A stretch of 63,210 nucleotides of DNA, counting the filler, from Craspedostauros australis (lineage: Eukaryota), in the NCBI GenBank assembly GCA_030167865.1. It is 13 parts of 13 records of this genome, joined end to end, with 100 filler letters (N's around TTAATTAATTAA, not from the genome) between each part and the next. Parts side by side here need not be neighbours in the genome. Positions count along the whole stretch, not along the records: positions 7,666 to 28,989 come from JALAGF010005554.1; positions 29,090 to 31,981 come from JALAGF010005555.1; positions 32,082 to 34,766 come from JALAGF010005556.1; positions 34,867 to 39,259 come from JALAGF010005557.1; 9 more parts are not named here. The stretch is one strand, 5' to 3'. The notes beneath the pieces were generated by a model. That model made no database searches. It saw only the letters and a list, made by a program, of their open reading frames with translations, and had not been told where the DNA came from. Of the stretch, positions 23,160 through 35,109 are shown piece by piece; position 1 is the first letter of the stretch, and each line of letters opens with the position of its first letter. A program made the translations under genes and the position numbers.

Positions 23160-26100
23160 ATGGCGAGACTGATCAACAACCGAGCTTTGACAGCCATAAC
23201 CAAGGAACTTGCTGACCTCGATGGTAAAGAAATGGAGTTCATCAACAATCAACTTGGAAGGATCGAACGTGCCATCAAGAGTCCAGACAAAAACATCATC
23301 CAAGCGCTGGCTCTCTCACCAACACTCACCTCGATCAACATTGAGAACATCCTTCGCATCTTCGCTTTCGCAAAAGAACGGCAAATCGACCAAGCAACCA
23401 ATTGGGCAGCCATCAACGAGTTCACTACAACAGCCGGGTATGAGGTACCAACCATCGAGACTCCTGTCACCAGCAAGGCAACCCAAATGCGATTGAAACT
23501 CGCGATGAAGGAAGCCACCAATCGTGGACTCGCTGAGGCAATGAGCTGCAAGGTTGTGGTACACTCACCAAGACACCCACTGGAAGTATGCCAATCGCCA
23601 TCAACGTCAACTGGATGGAAGTATGACAAGTCACCCTGCTAGAGGTGGAGCCATTCAGCGGACTCAACATCGAATGGTACCAGTGGAAGATCAACTTCAT
23701 CCGCCAGCTGATCACAACCAGATACGCGGCATACATGAAGGAGGAGAGACCAAATGACTACTGCAAGGACGTCGACACCCAGTTCTACACAGTGCTCAAC
23801 TCAAAGACGTGCAAAGGACACGCTAACTACATGGTTCTCGCGGAAAGAGACAGCGGTCATGCAGCCTTCCAGGCCCTCATCCGCACATACGAATCCACTG
23901 AGAACAGGGCCAACATTGTGGCAACAGAGGAAGACAAACTGTCCAAACTTGTCTACAATGGATCTGGACCGTTCAGCGCGTTCGTCAATGACTTCTCCAT
24001 ATCTGTTCAGCCAATAGAAGACAACGGAAAGGCAATGAGCGACAAGCAGAAGATTGCAAGATTCTTCCGCAACATTCGCGATGAGCGATTCACCAGTACG
24101 GTCTCTCGCCTCCAAGAGACAGACAAGTCCTTCAATTGGATCCGCGAGACTCTCATGAAGCACGACAAGGTCCTCTCCAACGCGGAGATCGACAGATCTC
24201 CACGGCGCAATCGACGCGCACACCAGAAGGGCAGGCGAACGGACCGCAAGCGACTGTTTGAAGCTACATCCGGGGATCGCAAGAAACCGTCGATGTACCG
24301 ACTTCCAGATATTGTATTCAGAAGCCGTTTGACCCCAGCACAAGTGTTTGTGGTGGAATCCTCGCGTCACTTCCGCGAGACAGGAGAACTCATCAGCAAG
24401 GAGACATTCAAGCGCAACAAACCCGCTGAGTTCGCGAAGACCCAGGAGCATCATGCTCAACGCAAACCCAACAAGTGCGCCAGATTTGGCAACAAGACCA
24501 ATCGAACCAAGAAGTACAGACCATGTGACAACAGCTCCTGAAAACCAACAACAGGCGCTTCGCGCTGGCAGTTGGAGATCATCACATGCATCAAGGACCA
24601 AGACAGTGTGGACTTGATGCACGAAGCCGCGGAGAGCGGGACAGGGCATACAACCCCGGATACGCTACGAGAGTCGCGTCCAAGAAGCGCTGACTCGCAT
24701 ATAGAGCACGCAATTCGACGGGCAAGAGTAATGAATAGTAGCCATGGCTATGTCATTCTAGACTCAGGCACAGACGGTGACATTGTTCATGAGTCTGAAT
24801 GGGTGGTAGCCCAAAATCACCAGCAGCAGTTCCACCCCGAGGGGCGACAGTGGACTTGCAGATCGAGATGTTTCCAATGGTTGACGTGGTGGCAGCGTAC
24901 AAGCCGCCAGAAGGCGGAGTGATCCTCATCAAGGCACATTATGTGGCTCTCAACAAGCATCCATGGCAGATGGAGTTGCTGTTCAATACACACCACATGT
25001 GCACGTCCAACGTCAGAATCTGCGATTGGCTTCGACAACACGATGGGCAGCAACGGATAACGTCTGGCGACATCAGCATCCCGCTGGCCAATCATGACAG
25101 CAATACCCTGTGCATCCCAATTCGTAAACCGACAGCTTGCGAGCTAACTCAAACTGAGAATATTACTATATGCGACAGACACAGACGCCTTCGGAGATCC
25201 CACACCAGTGGTGACTTCAACGAGGTCTTCTGGCATCTCCCACAACAGGTGGTCGAGAAAACGAAAGCAGCATCGACCCAACTGGCCAATACTCCCATCG
25301 ATGCGGAGTCAAGACTCATCCCAAGGCGGTACCGTGCGCAGCAAGCGGGCGCGCTACAGCCACACCGAATCAAGGGAAGAGTGGAAACTGATCCATTCTT
25401 CTCCACGGTCCCATCCATTTGACACTACAAGTGCTCCCAGCTCTTTGCACACAGCGAGTCCAAGTTCGTCTGGGCCAAGCTGCTCCGACAAGAGGCGATG
25501 GCGCCAGTGGTGCTCACCAATTTCATCGTGCAGGTCAGGGCACCTGACCTACTCATCTTGGACTACTCACAGGTCCAAGCCGTCAAGGAATGGAAGGCTG
25601 TGACGATGCGGTACATGATCGAGCACTCCTTCACTGCTCCCATGAATCAGAATCAGAACCGAGCAGAGCAGGCGATTGGCGACATCAAGCGACACACATA
25701 CAAATTGCTTTGGGCGGAGTCCGTGCCACTCACCTTCTCGTGCTACGCGGTACAACACGCCATCGATGTATGGAACTACATGGCAAAAGAGAGCATCCAA
25801 TGGAAGAATTCAATCGAACTGCTCCACAGGAACACTCTGGACATCTCCATGTTCAGGTTCACGTTCTTTCAACAGGTCTGGTATTTCGAGCCAATGACCA
25901 AGTTTCCACATCACCCATTCAAACCAGGATACTTCTTGGGAATCACTTGGGACCACAGAGACCCTTTCACATACAACAAATGGTTGCCACAGGGCGACAA
26001 CGAAACCAATGGCACTGCCCTGGTACAGAACATTGTGGAACCACGAATCGTGGAAGACGCAAGCGCTCCGCAAATCACTGACAAGGAAGTTCAGTGCTTC

Positions 26101-28610
26101 ACACGCCTCGATCTCATACACACTACTACCAGAGGCAACTTGGGGCCACGAGCACGCACCAAGACGATGCCGGCACAGCTCGCTCGACAGGTCTGTGAGG
26201 CCATTGACGCGAGTACTGTGCGGTTGGGGGGCGGCTGCTCGCATTCCTGAGGAGGAACCACTGGAGGTCAGGGGCGTCGTGGTCAACGACAATGCTATTC
26301 CGCATGACAACTGATGGTTCGGTCAGCAGAACGTCGTCATTGATGCCAATGACAACCGCAACAGTGGGCCTACGAGCATGATATCCGACGGCAAAAGGGA
26401 AGACAAGCTCTCAACTGCGGACATCTCAAGAGAATCTGATGACTATGAAGCAGTGAGGATTCCAGATCCTCCCCAGCAGCGGATTCAGGGGCGTATCGAC
26501 ACTCTGGCTGAGTGCGAGCATGATGAGATGTTCCAAATCAGATCACGAAAGACGACAAGAACGAACCAGCAATTACATCCATCGCAGGCCACTCATTCCG
26601 AGACTGACATCTCCATCTCAATGTGAAATGGGACAACAATGAAACTCAATAGTTCCAACACGATATCCTGAGGGCAGACCATCCCGAGCTCGTGGCGCGA
26701 TACATCATCGCCAACGAGCCAAAACGGCACGACAGGCACAATCGACAGGCACAATCGACAGTCAACAACAATACTAAAACGGGCAAAGCACGCTGTTCGC
26801 GCGATACACAGACGCATGCGACGAATCGAGCGCACGCACATCTTCACAGTTGACAACAACGACAGCATCGCCATCCTGAGGCGCATACGACCAGGAAAGA
26901 AGAAGCCGAACAAGGACTTATTCGCTACAGTATTCCAATACGGTGTAGAAGTGCCATGCAACATGCGACACGCACTCCAACGTGACAAAGCCAATGGCAA
27001 CACATTGTGGAAGCACGCAGCAAAGAAAGAGATCGACGCTCTGATCGACCTCAATTGCTTTGAATTCCATCCATCCACTCACCGACCTTCATCGTACTAC
27101 CAGAGCACCAAGCTCTGGCTCATCTTCGCTGTGAAACAGGATCTGTGGCGCAAGGGGCGGCTGGTAGCCGGTGGTCACCTCATCGAACTCGCTGACAATA
27201 TCAGAGTATACTCATCCACGATCAATTCAACCAGTGCACGGATACTCAATGTCATCGCGGACGCAAACAAGCTGAAGCAACTCTGCGGCAACATGGGGAA
27301 TGCAGTTGTCAATGCCTACACCAACAAGAAGATGTACGTGAGGGCAGGAAAAGAGTTCGATCACAGAGAGGGTCAGACAATTGTACTCAGGCAGGCGTTG
27401 TATGGACTCCGATCGAGCACGCAAAGATTCCATGCTCACTTCGCAAATGCACTCTCATCCATGGGGTTCTCTCCATCACAGCATGACCAGGACGTGTGGA
27501 TCAAGTGGAGGGACGACACTGGGTATGACTACATATGCATGCATGTCGATGACTTCAAGATTGTGGCAAATGAACCGGACCAATACATGAAGGCCATCCA
27601 GCAAGTCTACACCATCAAAGACATAGGACCACCCAAATACTATCTGGGCAATGACGATTCCAGGAATGCGAAAGACAAATGGAGCGTTGGATGTGACAAA
27701 TACATCGCAAACGCGATGGATAAAGTCAAGAAGCAGCATGCAACACTCCATGACCAGCATGTGTCCATGTGGAACAAGGACCATCCGGAAACGGATGACT
27801 CTGAACTACTCACACCAAACGAACACCAACAGTTCCAGCAGCTCATCGGCATGCTGAACTGGGTCGTTCAACTTGGACGTTTCAACGTCGCCTTTGCAAC
27901 TTCTTCACTCTCTCAATTCACTGCATCACCTCGGAAAGGCCATCTAGCAAGAGCACTCAAGGTATGGGGCTATCTNNNNNNNNNNNNNNNNNNNNNNNNN
28001 NNNNNNNNNNNNNNNNNNNNNNNNNNNNNNNNNNNNNNNNNNNNNNNNNNNNNNGGTGGTGCAAATGAAGGAAGAATACCCTGAGGCACAGGAGGACGTC
28101 GACGACCGGTCACCGAAGCCAATCTATCCAGAGCCGCCAATGTATGCATTTGTCGATGCTGACCATGCGCACGATCTTGTCACACGCCAATCAAACACCG
28201 GGATCCTCCTTTTCCTTGGCAGGACGCCTGTGTACTTCTCGAGCAAGCGGCAGACATCAGTCACAACGTCTACATATGGAGCAGAATTCAATGCGATGCA
28301 ATCAGTGACGGAAGAAATCATTGCACTCCGATATGCACTCCGATCACTGAGAGTCCGCGTCCAATCACCGACGGTCACATTCTGCGACAACAATGTGGTG
28401 ATCTCGAAAACGACGATCGCAGACAGCCTATTGCAAAAGAAGCATGTGGCAATATCATTTCACCAAGTCCATGAGGCTGAGGGAGCTGGGACACTGGTTC
28501 CAGTCCACGTCCCATCGGCTCAGAACTTCGCTGACATGCTCACCAAGGCATTGGTGAGGCCAATACTAACACTTCTTGCCACAACCCTGTTCTACGGGGG
28601 TCCACCTTGA
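23160..28610 (+). pseudogene. Gag-Pol polyprotein with several stops and frameshifts
   Basis: Gag (FSGLNIEWYQWK, SGHAAFQAL), protease YVILDSGTD (~24750), integrase (VETDPFFS, LILDYS, NQNQNRAEQAIG), RT (FQYGVEVP, KGRLVAGGH, ALYGLRSS, HVDDF, YYLGND), RNase H (FVDADHAHD, STYGAEF, FCDN, NFADMLTKAL). Confidence 0.93.
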
Positions 28611-28622
28611 GATCAAGGGGCG

Positions 28623-28785
28623 TGACAGCTTTCTCTGTACCTTTTACCTCTCTACNAATCATATTAGTCAAAATACTGGTTGGGGGATTGTCTTCGGACA
28701 ACTCACAATAAAAGAACAAGAGCTCCAATCAGGGCACACAACAACGGGCAAATACGTCTTCAGTAGATACTTGTGCACTTTGACA
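28623..28785 (+). repeat. 3' LTR (163 bp)
   Basis: Direct repeat of 22944-23105, followed by the TSD GCAGG. Confidence 0.95.
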
Positions 28786-28989
28786 GCAGGGATCGCAATG
28801 GTGACAAGGCAACAGGTGATGGCGACAGCGATGGAAGGGATGGCGATCATCTTGAAAGCCCTGCAATTTGGAGACATCAAAGGCACCACAATGTTGCTGG
28901 TTGAAGCTTCCCTATTGAAGGGCAAGTGGCTGACTCACTGTACGAGCCCAAGAGCTCGATGGTCTGCAAACATGCTTGGTGTTCCCAAC

Positions 28990-29089
28990 NNNNNNNNNNN
29001 NNNNNNNNNNNNNNNNNNNNNNNNNNNNNNNNNTTAATTAATTAANNNNNNNNNNNNNNNNNNNNNNNNNNNNNNNNNNNNNNNNNNNN
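28990..29089. other. Artificial scaffold spacer
   Basis: N44-TTAATTAATTAA-N44. Confidence 0.97.
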
Positions 29090-31981
29090 ACGATCAAGTC
29101 ACAGACTGGTGACCAACAGATCATCTTCTGAGGTGACAACAGCGGAGAGAACAAATCCACGGAGGATATTCTCATTGATGCAGGACTCAATGTGAAATTC
29201 GAATACACGGCATCAAACACGCCGCAACAGAACGGCAGAGTGGAGCGCAAGTTTGCGTACCTCTACACCAAAATCCGCTCCATGCTCAACGGAGCACAAC
29301 TCGACGAAGAGTATAGGCATGGCCTGTGGGCAGCAGCTGCTAGCACTGCCACCGCCATTGCCAACATCACTGTAGCGAAGAACCAGAAGGAGTCACCACA
29401 TCGACAATTCTTTGGCAACGATCCACCATACGCGGATGCACTCCGCACATTTGGAGAGGTGGGTGTTGTGAAGACCACCTACGGCGGGATCACCGCCAAA
29501 CTCAAGAATAGAGGAGAAGAGATGGTGTTCATCGGATATGCACACCAACATGCATCAAGGGTCTACAACATGTACAGACCATCAACCAAGTCACTNATCT
29601 GNTCACGGGACATCAAGTGGCTCAACCAATCATACGGACAGTTCCGTGGCTGGGCACCAGCACCGAACATATCCAAGGAAACAGGAACAACGGACGCAGA
29701 CGGCTTCACAACCATTGGACGGAAGGGAGCAACGCCAAGGACGGCAACGCGTCAAACATCGNNNNNNNNNNNNNNNNNNNNNNNNNNNNNNNNNNNNNNN
29801 NNNNNNNNNNNAGAGTATAGGCATGGCCTGTGGGCAGCAGCTGCTAGCACTGCCACCGCCATTGCCAACATCACCGTAGCGAAGAACCAGAAGGAATCAC
29901 CACATCGACAATTCTTCGGCAACGATCCACCATATGCGGATGCACTCCGTACATTCGGAGAGGTGGGTGTTGTGAAGACTACCTACGGCGGGATTACCGC
30001 CAAACTCAAGAACAGAGGAGAAGAGATGGTGTTCATTGGATATGCACACCAACATGCATCAGGGGTCTACAACATGTACAGACCATCAACCAAGTCACTC
30101 ATCTGTTCACGGGACATCAAGTGGCTCAACCAATCATACGGACAGTTCCGTGGCTGAGCGCCAGCACCGAACATATCCAACAAAACAGGAACAACGGACG
30201 CAGACGGCTTCACAACCATCGGACGGAAGGGAGCAACGCCAAGGACGGCAACGCGTCAAGCATCGAAAGCAAAGAGAGTATCTTTTGCTGACAACAACAT
30301 GTACTATATCCTATCAGACAGCGACGATGAGGATAATGAGGACGATGGAGTAGTGACCCAACTAGTCCACAATGACGAGGAAGATCGGAGCGAATCCAAT
30401 CATGAGGATGACGAGATCACACCATCCAGTGACGAAGCCGATGATGACACAAGCGTCACTCCTCCGAACACACCAGCGAGGTCTACACATGGCACACCAT
30501 CCAGATCTCCACCGAGCAAACCAAACAAGTGTGACATAGCTAGAAAGGAGAGGATCCAACGTCACGAAGCACGAGGCAGGAAGGGAGAAGCTAATCCCAC
30601 GTCAACTACAGGAAAGAGTATTCCTAGAGCTCTGCGTGAGCTTGCAGACTTCAACGAACAAGGTCGAAAGGAAGAAGGATATGAAAGCGATCCATCATCC
30701 AATGAAGACAGTGATGAACTCAGCGACGAAATGGTCGACGACTCCAACAACGAAACTACAGATGACGAAGAAATTGCAGATGAAGGAGAGATTGAAATCA
30801 CTCACTATAGCACAACAGGACTATACGGAATGAATGCAATCATTACCGAATCACCAACGATCGACATCGGATTGTCGATGCAGGACGAGAACAAGGAACC
30901 AGAGAAGCACATCGAACCTACAACATTCGATGGAGCCTTCAATCANNNNNNNNNNNNNNNNNNNNNNNNNNNNNNNNNNNNNNNNNNNNNNNNNNNNNNN
31001 NNNNNNNNNNNNNNNNNNNNNNNNNNNNNNNNNNNNNNNNNNNNNNNNNNNNNNNNNNNNAGATGCTGCAAGTGCAAATGGGTCTTCAAGCTGAAGCGTG
31101 ATGGCACACATCGAGCGCGGCTCGTTGCATGTGGCTATTCACAAATAGCAGGAGTGGACTTCCAAAAGCACTACTCACCCGTCATCCATGACGTGACCTA
31201 TCGGGTCATGATGGTGATCATGCTGATCAAGAAGATGGACTGCGCACTCGTCGATGTCGTAACGACATTCCTACACGGAGACCTTGACGAGGAGATCTAC
31301 ATGAACTGTCCCAACAGGATGGATCATCAACCAGACGAAGCCCTGACCCTACACAAGCCANNNNNNNNNNNNNNNNNNNNNNNNNNNNNNNNNNNNNNNN
31401 NNNNNNNNNNNNNNNNNNNNNNNNNNNNNNNNNNNNNNNNNNNNNNNNNNNNNNNNNNNNNNNNNNNNNNNNNNNNNNNNNNNNNNNNNNNNNNNNNNNN
31501 NNNNNNNNNNNNNNNNNNNNNNNNNNNNNNNNNNNNNNNNNNNNGACTCGGAGACTACCTCAGCTGCAACATCGAACTGAACCATGACAAGACTAGAGCG
31601 ACATTGCGTCAACCACATCTCATCCGACGCCTCATCGAAGAGTTCGGAACCAAGGTTGAGAAGATGCAGCGCTACGCGACTCCGGGAACCCCGGGTCAAA
31701 TCATCGTACGACCATCCAAAGATAACGGACTGCAGAAGGTCGGACCGGAAGAACATGCCGAATATCGCCGAGGCGTCGGTATGCTACTCTTCCTCATCAA
31801 GCACTCGCGACCAGATATCGCGAACCCTGTGAGAGAGCTCTCCAAGGTATTGATCGGGCCCACCAAGGCTGCAATGAAGGAGATGTATTGGATCATTAAG
31901 TATGTGATCGATACAAAGGACTATGGATTGAAGATCCATCCAGTGCGTCCAGACGACGACGGCTGGGACATGGAGCTCTTC
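29090..31981 (+). mobile_element. Ty1/Copia pol fragment (integrase, acidic linker, RT); same family as 39360-41451 and 61011-63210
   Basis: NTPQQNGRVER, LWAAAA, FIGY, CKWVFKLKRDGTHRARLVACGYSQIAGVDF, FLHGDLDEEIYM, SRPDIANPVRELSK. Stops at ~29129 and 30155. 29812-30266 repeats 29309-29761 across an N50 gap. Confidence 0.93.
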
Positions 31982-32081
31982 NNNNNNNNNNNNNNNNNNN
32001 NNNNNNNNNNNNNNNNNNNNNNNNNTTAATTAATTAANNNNNNNNNNNNNNNNNNNNNNNNNNNNNNNNNNNNNNNNNNNN
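31982..32081. other. Artificial scaffold spacer
   Basis: N44-TTAATTAATTAA-N44. Confidence 0.97.
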
Positions 32082-32743
32082 TTTAGAACACTCAATCATT
32101 CAAATGGATTCATCATCGAACATCATTGCAGTATTCATGTCTTGCCATTTGCAGTTTGAGGAGGAGGACACTTATTTTGTGGCGCTGTTGTGCTCATTTC
32201 GTGATTGATTTTCGCATGTGGGAAGCCGCGTAGCCTCGCTTGTTGTTCAGTGTTTGGTTTGCGGGACGGACACAAATCATGTTAACGTGATCACATGTCG
32301 TCGGTGACGACAACTCGAATTCTTGCGACGTCGTCATGCCAAAATCGTACGACAGGACACGGTTTTTCTACGACAAAGCAAGACTTCAAGTCGTGTCGTA
32401 CTATCAACAATACGTGAACGCCAGCCGGTTCTCCGTAGAAATCCAGTAGGAACTGTTCGTAGGATCTTCCCTCAGGGATCTTTTGTTCCCCAAATGACGA
32501 CAAAACGAAACACAACTCACCAGCCACCGTTTCAAACAGAAATGAGAAGAAGGCCCGGTGCGATTCTTGTCTGTTGTCAATTTATTTTGCGATGTCGTCA
32601 CTGTATTTTGATTTGTCGTATCGGACGGCAGGGGGTGTCGTTGTGACAGTTGGTTCCGTTAGATGGAACGAATTAAACTGGTTGATGCTGGCCCTTGAAG
32701 TCCCGTCTCGCACTAAGTTTCCATGACACTGTGCGCACATTCG

Positions 32744-33498
32744 TGTTGGAAATCCGGGGTTATAGTTAGTACTAAGATATAATCTGCTGTTAGAAACTGT
32801 ACCGTTTTAGAACTGTGAGCACAATCTCACTTTCTCTTCTGATTTCGTTTTCTTGACAGGCATCTGTCGCGGTAACGACATGGGGCATCCTGTTGTCTCT
32901 TAGGTGCTTCCCTCTTTGTTCATCATGCTCTGTTCTTGCTTCTTCTGTCTCTGCATCGTCGTAGCTGTCTACGCTTGCATGGTAGGGATCTGCAGTCTTG
33001 AGCACTTGCCTATCTCATGTTTCCGTCGTNNNNNNNNNNNNNNNNNNNNNNNNNNNNNNNNNNNNNNNNNNNNNNNNNNNNNNNNNNNNNNNNNNNNNNN
33101 NNNNNNNNNNNNNNNNNNNNNNNNNNNNNNNNNNNNNNNNNNNNNNNNNNNNNNNNNNNNNNNNNNNNNNNNNNNNNNNNNNNNNNNNNNNNNNNNNNNN
33201 NNNNNNNNNNNNNNNNNNNNNNNNNNNNNNNNNNNNNNNNNTTGGCGTGGTATCGGGACCTCCTGATCCGCCGTGGGTGTCTTCCTTACGTTGCTAGAGG
33301 ACAGGCTATCCTCCTCGCGGTTATATAGGTATCAATCGCGTCCGTATGCTTAGTCATGGTCATAATGACATGGTATACAAAGGTGTGACGAATAGTCTCT
33401 GAACATGTGATGAATAATATTCAAAGCTGTGACGAGCAATGTTGGGAGGTGCGGCAATTACGGGTATTCCGACAAAGTCGTACCCTCAATTCCTAACA
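32744..33498 (-). mobile_element. Solo LTR (~755 bp including an N gap) with 6-bp TSD CATTCG
   Basis: TGTTGGAAAT...AATTCCTAACA ends, CATTCG at 32738-32743 and 33499-33504, homology to 688-972, TATA-like CTATATAA on the minus strand near 33321-33328. Confidence 0.85.
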
Positions 33499-34169
33499 CA
33501 TTCGCGCGCCCGTTTTGGTGCTGGGTGTGCGTGCTGCATTGCTCTGACTCGTTCAAGTGGTGTTTCCCACCAGCAGCACCAACTTGGCGTTCGATTTTCG
33601 TGGCAGAGCAGCTTCCCACCAGAAGTTGCGCGAAGAAACGAACCAACAGCAACACTTGTGCCAGTTGGATGGCGAGCGGTGCCTCTTGAGCACCAATGAC
33701 AGTTCATGCATCTCTCACAAGATGAAGCTACTCCACACCAGCTGATGAACTCAATTTGACTCCACTTGGTACATTTGATCTTCTGAACATTGCTGCCATT
33801 GACAATCCTTGAATTGAGTGTCGTTGCTTTGATCCCACCGCTCATCATGACGAGCACACTGAGGATGAGTGGTGTCAGTCTTTGCTGTCGTGGCGTGTCA
33901 TGTGGCATTCGTACCAAAGGCGGGTTCCTTGATCTGCATTCCATGTTGATTCTCACACCATCCATCTCCATTTCCTTGTTTGTACATTGATACATTCCAG
34001 CTAGCTGAGGTTGACAGCCACAGAAGATCGTCAAGATGCCATCCTGGCATTCAAACGCAAGCAACAAACAAAAACGTGCACCCAACATCATCATTGAGCG
34101 CATACTTTCGAAATTTTGATCGAACAAAAGCCATCGCAAGCACCATCACAAACACCATCACCATCGCAC

Positions 34170-34766
34170 ATGAAAGCAAGCATGGCATCTCGCTTCGACT
34201 ACGCCAATGTGGATGTCAGTGACTTCGTGACTGTCGGTCAGTTCTTGATGAACATCACTCTGAAGGCCAGAAATGGTAACCACCCTCTTGCGCAGTCTCA
34301 GTTCGGAGAGAGCTTCGCATCCACATTCGGTGTGAATCCACACTTGTGTCTTCGCATCTGGGAGCACTGCGATTTTGCTGCTCCATTCAAGCCCAAACAT
34401 CTGTTGTGGACGCTCTACTATTTGCGTCACTATCCAACTGTCCGCATGGCTTGTGTCTTCCTTGGAGTGGCAGATCGGACTCTCAAGAGATACACGTGGC
34501 TTGTGATCAAGCAAATTGCTTCGAAGCTCTACACTCTGGTAAGTCCGCATGAAGCCTGTCTGGATCTGCTTTGCTGTGATGATGTGCAATTGCTTGATTC
34601 CCAATGAACACACTCACACCCATTGTGCATATTCCTTTTCAGGTTGTGTGGGAGCGCCGCAACCTCGGCCAAGTTGACCACTCATGCAGGATCACAGTGG
34701 ATGGCACCGATTTTCAAATTGAAGAACCAACCCCATTCAACAAGAAATGGTACTCCCACAAATTCC
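34170..34766 (+). mobile_element. PIF/Harbinger-type (DDE_Tnp_4-like) transposase, 5' part, one intron
   Basis: Exon 1 34170-34538 (FASTFGV, KPKHLLWTLYYLRHYPT), phase-0 intron 34539-34642 (GTAAGT...TTTTCAG), exon 2 from 34643 (VVWERR...ITVDGTDFQIEEPTPFNKKWYSHKF) to the scaffold end. Confidence 0.85.
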
Positions 34767-34866
34767 NNNNNNNNNNNNNNNNNNNNNNNNNNNNNNNNNN
34801 NNNNNNNNNNTTAATTAATTAANNNNNNNNNNNNNNNNNNNNNNNNNNNNNNNNNNNNNNNNNNNN
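34767..34866. other. Artificial scaffold spacer
   Basis: N44-TTAATTAATTAA-N44. Confidence 0.97.
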
Positions 34867-35109
34867 AGGACAGCACTGCATGAGCAAGGGCAAGACTGTG
34901 TGCTACTGTGGATTATGTATGCTTTGGCAAATGGAATTGAAAGTGATGATATTGTACTCACAGTTCCAACAATGCAATAACANNNNNNNNNNNNNNNNNN
35001 NNNNNNNNNNNNNNNNNNNNNNNNNNNNNNNNNNNNNNNNNNNNNNNNNNNNNNNNNNNNNNNNNNNNNNNNNNNNNNNNNNNNNNNNNNNNNNNNNNNN
35101 NNNNNNNNN

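Larger units (their letters stand above)
22944..28785 (+). mobile_element. Full-length, degenerate Ty1/Copia (CoDi-type) LTR retrotransposon, ~5.84 kb
   Basis: LTRs 22944-23105 and 28623-28785 (TGACAGC...TTTGACA), 5-bp TSD GCAGG at 22939-22943 and 28786-28790, short purine tract AAGGGGCG before the 3' LTR, Copia domain order Gag-PR-INT-RT-RH. Confidence 0.96.
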
